In this document: positions 45,844-54,095 of the stretch, one piece after another | How the letters are laid out: each line of letters starts with the position of its first letter | Numbering within the stretch: position 1 is the first letter of the stretch | Origin: an uncultured Clostridia bacterium | Lineage (GTDB): Bacteria; Bacillota; Clostridia; Christensenellales; Borkfalkiaceae | DNA length: 64,000 bases | Direction: 5' to 3' | Assembly (NCBI GenBank): GCA_947627565.1 | Contig: CANQWO010000005.1 | Coordinates: 4,220-68,219, forward strand | Notes under the pieces: model-generated | Seen by the model: only the letters and a program-made list of their open reading frames with translations | The model's database searches: none | What the model was told of the DNA's origin: nothing | Program-made: the position numbers and the translations under genes

Positions 45844-46899
45844 TTACCATAAGCCGCGTTTCAGCGTCTTCGATGTGATATAGTTGCCGCCGACCATGAG
45901 AATGAGCCCGATGAGTCCGTTGAAGACGCCGAGCGCAGTCGCGAACGGGACGTTGGTCGGCGTGTTGACGACGGAAATGTTATAGATATAAGTATCGAGC
46001 ACGATCTGGGCTTCGGTAAGCGTACCGGGGTCGACCTGCATCATCGTATAGACGAGTTCGAAGCCCGTCGCCATCATGCCGCTGATGTTGAGCACCAACG
46101 TGAGGGCGATCGTGGGCAAGATGGAGGGAATGGTCAGGTACCACATCTTCTGCAACTTGTTTGCGCCCTCGAGCGTGGCGGATTCATAATACGTCTTATC
46201 AATGGCCATGATCGCGGAGTAATAGAGAATACATCCCCATCCTCCGCTCTTCCACGCCGAGAAGAAAATGACGAGCGGCTTAAACCAGGCATTTTCCGCC
46301 ATGATATTGCCCGTATATCTCCCCAAAAGGCCGATCGTCGGGTCGAGGAAGCCCTGCCAGATACCGATAACGATCGCCCACGAGAGGAAGTTGGGAATAC
46401 TGAGAATGATCAGGATCGCCTTCGCGAGCCCTTGGTTCTTCAAGTCGGAAAGCTGTACGGCGATGAGAATGGAGAGCGGGAAACAGATCAAGAGGCGGAT
46501 CACGCTGATGAGCAATGTGTTTCCGACCGCCCTGCCGAAGGAATCGTCGTAGAAAATGTCGATAAAGTTTTGGAAAGTCCAGCTTGCGTGCGTCAGATTG
46601 TAGAGGAGATCGGCCTTTTGCAGGTTGAAATCCGAGCCACGGAACGCAAATATGACGCCGCACATCGGGACATAGCCGAAGATCAGCGTAATCATGACGG
46701 CAGGCAGGAGAAACGCGATCAGATTGCGATGCTTCTTGATGCGTTTCCATTCCACTTTCCAAAATCCGGGGTCGGGATCATAGGCGAACTTCGGCGCAGA
46801 CGGCGCCGTCTCCGCCATTTCGACCGTTCCCGGAAGTGTAGGATCCCCCACCGCCTCGGCGGCGGGGGATTCGCTTGTCAGGTTCAAATCACCGTTCAT
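45844..46899 (-). CDS. Carbohydrate ABC transporter permease (LplB/MalF-like)
   Basis: Multi-TM protein with the loop YESATLEGANKLQKMWYLTIP. RBS GAGGTG plus 4 nt. Confidence 0.85.
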   Translation of the reverse strand: MNGDLNLTSESPAAEAVGDPTLPGTVEMAETAPSAPKFAYDPDPGFWKVEWKRIKKHRNLIAFLLPAVMITLIFGYVPMCGVIFAFRGSDFNLQKADLLYNLTHASWTFQNFIDIFYDDSFGRAVGNTLLISVIRLLICFPLSILIAVQLSDLKNQGLAKAILIILSIPNFLSWAIVIGIWQGFLDPTIGLLGRYTGNIMAENAWFKPLVIFFSAWKSGGWGCILYYSAIMAIDKTYYESATLEGANKLQKMWYLTIPSILPTIALTLVLNISGMMATGFELVYTMMQVDPGTLTEAQIVLDTYIYNISVVNTPTNVPFATALGVFNGLIGLILMVGGNYITSKTLKRGLW

Positions 46900-46923
46900 G
46901 TATCACCTCAAAAGGGACTTCGC

Positions 46924-48891
46924 TCAACCGTTTTTCTGCGTTTGAGATTGAATATAGGAGTTATACCAATTCGTCATTTCCTCGGAGATCGCGTCCGACC
47001 AATAATAATATTTGGTACCGGAGATCTTGACGGATGTCGCAAGCGCGCCGTCCAAATAGATCTGATAGTCCTTGAGCGGATCACTCGACTTGATCGAAGT
47101 CTCCACGCCCGTGAGCAGGTAGCTGCGGGACGTGATATTGACGGGCGACCAAAGTTTGAAGGGCGGAGCCATGGCGAGCGGATTGGGAATCCACTCCTCG
47201 GGATCGGCAAAGTAATCGCAGTAATACCAAGCCTTGAAGCCGAGCTCGTGCAGGTGGCAGTAGACCTTGGCCGCAATGGCGTTGGTCCCGGTGCAATATT
47301 GCGAGTTGTCGGCGATGTAGTCCACATAGCGCTCGGTGATCTTGATCCAACGGCCGGGCTCGTCGACGACGACCGTCACGGGCGAACCGTCTTCGCTGAA
47401 TCCGCCGACGTCCTTCGTGCGGGTATCGACGTATTCATAGTGCATGGGACGGACGAAGCAGATGCCCTCTTCGAAGTCCTCGTATGCGGTATACTTGTCG
47501 TCGGTCGCCTTGTCCGATTTGTAATCCGCCGCGGCGGGCGCACCCGTCGGCGTAGGGATCTCATACCAGTGCGTTTCTGTGGGGAATTTCGCGGGATCGT
47601 TGCCGTATTGTTCCTGGTCGGCGAGGAGCAATCCGTTGCCGCCGAAGAAATCGGCGAAGCATTCCATCTTCTTTGCGAGATAGTCGATGACGTAGCGGGC
47701 ATTCTTCGCCATGTAGTTGGGAATGACCGTGAAATACGAGCTGCCGCCGGAACTTCCGGGGAGTTTGGATTTCGTCTGATTCTTGCAGGAGACGGGATTT
47801 CCCTGCGGGTCATTGAACGTATAGCCGTCGCCGCGGAGCCGCGTGCCCCACTTGATGGCCTTGTCGTGGATCTCTTGGACCGTATTCGCATAGCCGTTGT
47901 TGCTCGCAAAATTTTTATTGCCGACGATGGTATCGATAAACGGCGTGAGATTCCAATACGTCACGTAAGCGACGGAGTGATTCTCCTCCGCAAACATCTG
48001 GGCGACGGTATTGCTGCTGGAAGTGTTCCAGTTGTCGGCAAGGACATGATCGTTATACAGCTTGTTCATGTACAGAATATAATCCTGCATGTTGGGGCTG
48101 TAATTCTTGATCTGGATTTTGCCGTCGCCGTCCACATAGAAGTTATACGGCACTTCGAAGCAACCCGTGATCGGGTCGATCTCCGCCGAGGCCGCGCCGG
48201 GAACACCGAACGCGTTATAGGACTTCTTGGAGCCGAACGTCTTCTGAAGTTCTTCGACGGCCCAGGTAAATTCCCCGAGCGTTTCGGGAATGTCGTGATT
48301 ATATTGCTTTGAGAAGCCGATCTTCTCCAAATGCTTCACGTTCCAGACAAGCGCGGAGCCCGTCATGTTGACGTAGCCGAAGTCGGGAATGGCATAGATG
48401 TGCTGTACGCCCTTGCTGTCGGTATATTTCACCGATTCCCAGCCGTAATCCATGAGATCGACGAGCTGATAGAGCACCTTCCCTTCCGGCGTATTCTCGA
48501 GAAGTTCCGTGAGATCGAGGAAGGAACCGCCCTCATAGCCGTCCGCTTCGAGATACGGCGTATAGCAGCCGTCGTTGAGCTTCATGAAGTCATACGGCTC
48601 CTGGTTCATGAGCGCATTCGAAATTTCGCCTTCTACACTCGCACCGGTCAATTCTTCATATTTGACCTTGTAACCCGTCTTCGCCTCGATGATGCGCGAT
48701 GTATCGTCGTTGCCGAAAGTTTTCATGCCCGAATCGGGGAAGAGCCCGGTGAGTTCAATGGGTTTGGAAAGATCGACGTCCCAGTCGATGTCCGCCGTCT
48801 GGTAGAGCGTACCCCCGCCGCAACCGACGAGCGCGGCGGCCGCGGTGGCGAGCATCGAGACGGCCAGCGTGATGCTGAGAAACTTCTTCAT
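46924..48891 (-). CDS. ABC transporter solute-binding lipoprotein (large LplA-type)
   Basis: Start ATG 48891 (AGGAGG plus 5 nt). Lipobox ALVGCGGG. It precedes two CUT1 permeases. Confidence 0.8.
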   Translation of the reverse strand: MKKFLSITLAVSMLATAAAALVGCGGGTLYQTADIDWDVDLSKPIELTGLFPDSGMKTFGNDDTSRIIEAKTGYKVKYEELTGASVEGEISNALMNQEPYDFMKLNDGCYTPYLEADGYEGGSFLDLTELLENTPEGKVLYQLVDLMDYGWESVKYTDSKGVQHIYAIPDFGYVNMTGSALVWNVKHLEKIGFSKQYNHDIPETLGEFTWAVEELQKTFGSKKSYNAFGVPGAASAEIDPITGCFEVPYNFYVDGDGKIQIKNYSPNMQDYILYMNKLYNDHVLADNWNTSSSNTVAQMFAEENHSVAYVTYWNLTPFIDTIVGNKNFASNNGYANTVQEIHDKAIKWGTRLRGDGYTFNDPQGNPVSCKNQTKSKLPGSSGGSSYFTVIPNYMAKNARYVIDYLAKKMECFADFFGGNGLLLADQEQYGNDPAKFPTETHWYEIPTPTGAPAAADYKSDKATDDKYTAYEDFEEGICFVRPMHYEYVDTRTKDVGGFSEDGSPVTVVVDEPGRWIKITERYVDYIADNSQYCTGTNAIAAKVYCHLHELGFKAWYYCDYFADPEEWIPNPLAMAPPFKLWSPVNITSRSYLLTGVETSIKSSDPLKDYQIYLDGALATSVKISGTKYYYWSDAISEEMTNWYNSYIQSQTQKNG

Positions 48892-49130
48892 TTTTTCCTC
48901 CTTATACAAACTGAAAAACTCAGATTTTTTACGAATTGAAACTTGCGCGGATCACGCGGAATGTGATCGATGTTTGGAACGATGTTACAAAAATTTTCCC
49001 CCCCGACCCCATTCCCGCAAAGCGGAAACGGGGTGGGATGGAGGAAAAAATACTTGCGCGATCTCCGTTCGCCCTACCCCGCCGAAGCGGGGCGGACGAA
49101 ATGAAGATCAAAGGAGTAAATTATGAAACG

Positions 49131-52100
49131 TTATGCGCCCTGAGGGCCGGTCTGTGCCGTAATGGCGGATTCGACGACCATGGGAACGCGCGTCGAGCCG
49201 TCATCAGGAGCAACCAACTTGCCGCCCGCAGCTTCGATCAGGGGATTGAGATAGGTCTCGAGCAGTTCGCCCCACCACATGATCTCCTTGTCAGCCTTTT
49301 TCACGATGAGGTCTTCGTCGATGTAGTAAAGCCACTCGTAGTGGACCATGGTATGGAGGTCTTTGCCATTGTAGAACGCCCAAGCGAAGGAGCCGTTGTA
49401 GAAGGAATTGTGATTCCCGTAACGGTGTCCGGTTTCCGGAGTCTTCAGCATATACTTGTTGATGACTGCCGCCATTTCAGCGTCCACATAGTTGACTTCT
49501 TTGTTGATGATACGAGCGATCTGTTTGCCGACATTCCAGAGATACTCAAGGTCTCTCCAGGTGCCCTCGCCGCGCGTGAGACCGGTAGCTTTGTCTTCAC
49601 CGCCGCCGGCACGGATCATGTCGACCACTTCTTCCATGTAGTCGACTTCGATTTCGAGCTCATGGGCATATTGATAGAGGTAGAATGCTCTCCATGCGTT
49701 GGCAATGCATTCATTTGTTCCATAGTGCTCGAAGCAGAGGAACATGGTGGCATCGCCGGCGCAATTTAAGCTGTTGTGCAGAAGAACTTGGTTCATGAAC
49801 CCGCCGAATACCGCGGTATAGGCGACCGTGAAAGTCGATGTGGAGCCGCCCGTGGAGGTGTTGAGCATCTTGACGGTGACATTCTGTTCCACAGGTACCG
49901 CTTCGACGACCGCATACTGCGTATCAAGGGTAGCCCAACGTTCCCAAGCCTCTTCGCCGGCAAGTTCCTTTATGCGCGCCTGTTTGGTCGCATCGAGTTC
50001 CGCAACGGATTCCTTCAGAACACGGAAGGAGGCAAGAGAATCAAGCATGAGTTTGCCATCGACCGGCTTGCCATCTGCGCCGTTGGGACGATTGTTCCAA
50101 GCGACCCAAGCAGTGAGATCGGTGAGGTCACCGAGCGCTCTGAACTGACGGACAAAATTGGCGACATCGGCCTCTTCGTCTGCGAGATCGTCCACGATTG
50201 CAGGAGCGGGGATTGCATGCACAGTCGTCTTCACGAGCATGGGCTCGCCGTTACCATTGGAAGGAGCAAGCAGAAGCCCTTCATAGCCCGCGCTCTTGAG
50301 GAGATCGTTGACTTTCTTGATCGCGGCCGCCCAGTTGTTGCCTTTCGTCAAAGACGAGAGATTGGTATCGATGCAGTTCATCCAATTTGCATTGAACGAC
50401 TTGATGTTGCCGACGGTTCCCGCATAGTAAGCATAGGCGAAGGTGCCATTGTACCAGCACTGATTCGTGCCGTATTTGGTCGAGCTGTTTTCATGATTGG
50501 CAACCATGTAGTGATTGACGTAGTAAGCAAGTTCGGCATCGAGATAGGTGCATTCGCCGCGAAGGATACGGCCGATCTGCTTGCCCATATACCACATGTA
50601 ATCGAAGTCGATCATGAGGCCCGCGCCCGCGTCAAGACCCGTATATTCGGGGTTGGAGGAGCCGGTGTGCGCGATCATATCGTGGATGTCGATGATGTAG
50701 TCGATAGCGACATTGTACTGTGCAAGCGCCTTTTCGAGATAGAGCGCATACATGGAGTTCTTCCAGCAATCCTGGTGCTCGACGCAGAGATAGCCCTGGC
50801 CGGCCTTGCCGGCCCCGTCGGTGCAGGTTTGGGCGGCGCTGTTCTTCCAGAACATGTGGTCGACGTAGCGGGCGAAGATCACATTCCGGCTGACTTGCTC
50901 GGTGGCGCTGAAATCGTCCTTCCAAATTTCGACCTGCGTCTCATCGGATTGAACAGCGTACCAATCGTTATAGAGTTTCAGCCAATCGCCGAAGACGGTA
51001 TCCGCAAGCGCTTCGCGAACGAGCGTCTGCTGGTCGCCTTCAAGCTCTGCATACTGCGCATAGACGGCATTGAACATGGAGAGCTCATCATAGAGATAGC
51101 CCGCGGTCTGCCCGCCATCGGTGGAGAAGCCCTTCCAAGCGGTGACATCATAGAGATCGGAAAGTTTCAGCGCTTTGAACGCCGTCACGACTTCCGTCGC
51201 TTCCGTGCTGAGGGTTCCGGGCGCCTTATCAAGCGCGGTGACGTCTTCGGCCACTGCAACGCCGTTATCCGCGATCTTGACGTCCGCCTTCGCGGCCTTC
51301 ACGATCTTAAGAACGGTTTCCTCAATGACCTTTTGGAAAGTTCTGCCATTGAAGCTGAATCCGAAGTAGATACCCCAATTCGCTTCGCCGCTCAATGACA
51401 TGCTGCCGTTCTTTTGGTCGATATTCCAATTAAAGTTGGGTTCCTTGAAATCAAAATTCTTCGTCGCGTTGACGACGGCCGCAAGTTCGGCGTCGAGATA
51501 GGTGCATTCGCCGTTTTCAATGCGAGCGACCTGCGTGAAGACGGGTTTGATGTAGTTTTCCCAGTCGTTGAGCATGCCTGCGCCGTTATACTGATTTTCG
51601 CTGTCCGAAGCCGCCATGAGGTTGATCAGGACTTCGAGATAATCCAGTTCAACATCGTTCTCATTGAGAATGTCGCGGATGTTGAGCACGCGGAACGTCT
51701 TGTTTGCGCCCTCAACCGTACCCGCGAACAGAAGCCTGTTCTCTTCATCTGTGTGTTCCGGGTTTTTCATCGCGCAAGGGAAGCGCATCGAAGCGGCCGT
51801 ATCGAAGAGCGTCGCAACGAGTTCTCTGCCGCTGAGCGTTTCGAGGCCGCTCATGTCGAGCTTGGGCACCGTGAACATCTTGGAGCCGAACGTACCAAAT
51901 TCGATCTCGGTGAGCTGTTCGTAGAGCGCGACCCAACGGGTCCACGTCGTGCCGCCAAGGTCCGTTACACCTCTCTGATCGGCGGTCGGAAGCTGATTGA
52001 ATTTCGCATAGAGTTCGCCGAAGACTTCCACCGCTTCGCTATAGAGATAGCCGGTCTTGGAAGGAGCTTCCGCGGGAGCCTTGTAGCCTTTCCACGTGTT

Positions 52101-53837
52101 GACGTCGAGATTGGTGAGCGTTTTCAATGCGTCAACGATCGCCTGCCCCTCTTCGCTGATCGACACGTTGTCTTCATAGACTTTCTGCGCCGCGAGGTAA
52201 GGTGCGAAATCGACTGCATTGTAGACGTAGCCCGCAAGCGAGGAAGCGGCCGCATCGCCGTTTCCATACAGCTTGCCGACTTCGTCGAGCTCATCGGTAT
52301 ACTCGGAAGCAGTCTCGGCAGTGATCGCGGAGAGCGCGTCGATTTGAGCCTGCACCGTCTTGAGTTCGCCAGAGAGATCGGCGGGCGTGTAGGCCTCATA
52401 CGAGAAGCTGAACGTCTCGTGTTCGTCGAGCGAATAGTCGATATAGGTCTGATTCTGGAAGAGCGTATAGTTGTAGATGCCCTTCGTGATGTCTTCGTAA
52501 CCGACTTTCGTGGACCACCACTTGCCGCGATAAGCGTCCTGAATGGGCTTTTTGTATTCCACGTTGGTCATCTCATCTGCGGCCGGGAAGTAGATCTCGC
52601 TGTTTTCGAAGACGATATTTTCGAACTTCGCGCCGTTGGTGTAGTCCGTCGCGCCGATGGTATCCTTGAGCTTGGCGTCTTTTTCGACGACGTCGAGCCC
52701 GACGGAGAAGAAGAAACCGTTGGTCGGGTCGAACGACTGACCGCTGTTGTCCTTATTGATGAACTCATCGTCGATCTTGACGTTGAGCAAGGTCTCCGTG
52801 CCGGACGTGACGGTGAGGGAATCGTAGAAATACTTATCGCCGTCTTCATCTTCGTCGCTGACTTCCTTGATCTCGAACGTGAGGGTATCCTTATCGGGCG
52901 TGAAATAGCCGCCCGTTTCGTCCCACGTGGAGGTCATGAGTTTGTCGCCGAGATAATACTCGTTTTCGACGATGGCATTGGAGCTGGGCGCATGTCCGAT
53001 ATATTCATACCAGACGCCCGTCGCCGTATCGCACGCGATACCGATCTCGTTGGTGTACTTACCGGCGCCGATGTAGAAGCCGAGGAACGCATAGACCTTG
53101 TCCTCAACGCCGTCGTAGGGAGGCGTGATCTTGGTTTCGCTCAGATCGAGGGTGTATCTGCCGCCCGTCGCACCGGAATCGCGCACGGGGATGCACTTGA
53201 TGGAAGCGTCCATCGAGGGATTGTGTTCCCAAGCGCGGCCGCCGTCCTGGAGCGGAGACTTCGCAAGATCCTGGCCGAGACCGTCTTTCGTCGCATAGCC
53301 GTTGACCGCCTGCGCCGTCTCGACGCCCTTGCTGACCTGATAGGTCGTCCACTTCTGATTCAGGATGCGGGTGAACGGAACGCCCGTCGACCAAGGCTCA
53401 TAGCCGAGAAGGCCGCCGTTTTCGTCGTAGTAATAGTAAACGTCGCCTGCATTTTCGCCGAAGCCCTTCCTGTTCTGGAAGACTTTGTGCGTCGAGCCCT
53501 TCATCAGGACATAGGAGCCGATCGTGTTATACGCCGTCTCCTTCGCCTCGAACTCGTCTACGTCGTTGTCCACCGCGGCTCTGATCGCGTCCACGAGGTT
53601 GCTGTGGTCGCTGACCTTCGTGCCGTCTTTGCCGTAGACCGAATATTGGTCGGCCACGCGGGGGTCGCTCTTCCCTTTCTTGACCTCGTCATCGACCACT
53701 ACGGGACCGGGATCGGGACCGGGGCCGGGATCAGGGCCGGGACCGGGATTCGGCTTCTTCTTGCCGCAAGCCGCGAGGCCGGCGACAGTAGAAAGAACCA
53801 TCGCCGAGCTGAGCAATAGTGCTACATACTTTTTCAT
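49131..53837 (-). CDS. 1,568-aa surface lipoprotein of unknown family, with three tandem Cys-containing helical modules of about 310-355 aa
   Basis: AGGAGG plus 5 nt, then ATG. Lipobox GLAACGKK followed by a PNPGPGPDPGPGPDPGP linker. The three modules lie at nt about 52154-51216, 51215-50202 and 50201-49134. They share W.G...G.LY, C.EH, DY...MI, GKQI.RI, EC.Y.DAE.A..VN.YM and L.AP..G...PM.V. I recognise no known catalytic or binding motif. Confidence 0.8.
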   Translation of the reverse strand: MKKYVALLLSSAMVLSTVAGLAACGKKKPNPGPGPDPGPGPDPGPVVVDDEVKKGKSDPRVADQYSVYGKDGTKVSDHSNLVDAIRAAVDNDVDEFEAKETAYNTIGSYVLMKGSTHKVFQNRKGFGENAGDVYYYYDENGGLLGYEPWSTGVPFTRILNQKWTTYQVSKGVETAQAVNGYATKDGLGQDLAKSPLQDGGRAWEHNPSMDASIKCIPVRDSGATGGRYTLDLSETKITPPYDGVEDKVYAFLGFYIGAGKYTNEIGIACDTATGVWYEYIGHAPSSNAIVENEYYLGDKLMTSTWDETGGYFTPDKDTLTFEIKEVSDEDEDGDKYFYDSLTVTSGTETLLNVKIDDEFINKDNSGQSFDPTNGFFFSVGLDVVEKDAKLKDTIGATDYTNGAKFENIVFENSEIYFPAADEMTNVEYKKPIQDAYRGKWWSTKVGYEDITKGIYNYTLFQNQTYIDYSLDEHETFSFSYEAYTPADLSGELKTVQAQIDALSAITAETASEYTDELDEVGKLYGNGDAAASSLAGYVYNAVDFAPYLAAQKVYEDNVSISEEGQAIVDALKTLTNLDVNTWKGYKAPAEAPSKTGYLYSEAVEVFGELYAKFNQLPTADQRGVTDLGGTTWTRWVALYEQLTEIEFGTFGSKMFTVPKLDMSGLETLSGRELVATLFDTAASMRFPCAMKNPEHTDEENRLLFAGTVEGANKTFRVLNIRDILNENDVELDYLEVLINLMAASDSENQYNGAGMLNDWENYIKPVFTQVARIENGECTYLDAELAAVVNATKNFDFKEPNFNWNIDQKNGSMSLSGEANWGIYFGFSFNGRTFQKVIEETVLKIVKAAKADVKIADNGVAVAEDVTALDKAPGTLSTEATEVVTAFKALKLSDLYDVTAWKGFSTDGGQTAGYLYDELSMFNAVYAQYAELEGDQQTLVREALADTVFGDWLKLYNDWYAVQSDETQVEIWKDDFSATEQVSRNVIFARYVDHMFWKNSAAQTCTDGAGKAGQGYLCVEHQDCWKNSMYALYLEKALAQYNVAIDYIIDIHDMIAHTGSSNPEYTGLDAGAGLMIDFDYMWYMGKQIGRILRGECTYLDAELAYYVNHYMVANHENSSTKYGTNQCWYNGTFAYAYYAGTVGNIKSFNANWMNCIDTNLSSLTKGNNWAAAIKKVNDLLKSAGYEGLLLAPSNGNGEPMLVKTTVHAIPAPAIVDDLADEEADVANFVRQFRALGDLTDLTAWVAWNNRPNGADGKPVDGKLMLDSLASFRVLKESVAELDATKQARIKELAGEEAWERWATLDTQYAVVEAVPVEQNVTVKMLNTSTGGSTSTFTVAYTAVFGGFMNQVLLHNSLNCAGDATMFLCFEHYGTNECIANAWRAFYLYQYAHELEIEVDYMEEVVDMIRAGGGEDKATGLTRGEGTWRDLEYLWNVGKQIARIINKEVNYVDAEMAAVINKYMLKTPETGHRYGNHNSFYNGSFAWAFYNGKDLHTMVHYEWLYYIDEDLIVKKADKEIMWWGELLETYLNPLIEAAGGKLVAPDDGSTRVPMVVESAITAQTGPQGA

Positions 53838-53889
53838 AATTTCCTCCTATTATCCTCGTTTTGAACATAAGGATAGAATTTGTATTTTC

Positions 53890-53918
53890 ATTTTAACCCA
53901 CAAATGCAGTTTTGTCAA
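53890..53918 (-). promoter_or_regulatory. Promoter of the 1,568-aa lipoprotein / ABC operon
   Basis: On the minus strand: TTGACA (53913-53918), 17 nt, TAAAAT (53890-53895). The box AAAAATTTTTTTCATAA lies upstream at 53923-53939. Confidence 0.6.
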
Positions 53919-54046
53919 TATCTTATGAAAAAAATTTTTATTATTTCTGAAAAAATATTTTCGTTACGTTCAGTATATTTTCAGAATTTGCATGCATCGA
54001 AAAAAATTTTTCATTTTTATTTTCTTCTTGAACTTTTTTTGACATG

Positions 54047-54074
54047 CAAAAAAAGCCCTCCCGAACGGGAGGGC
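54047..54074 (-). terminator. Terminator of the GH31 operon
   Basis: On the minus strand: GCCCTCCC-GTTC-GGGAGGGC followed by TTTTTTTG. Confidence 0.75.
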
Positions 54075-54095
54075 AAGGCTGAAATTTTGATTCCG

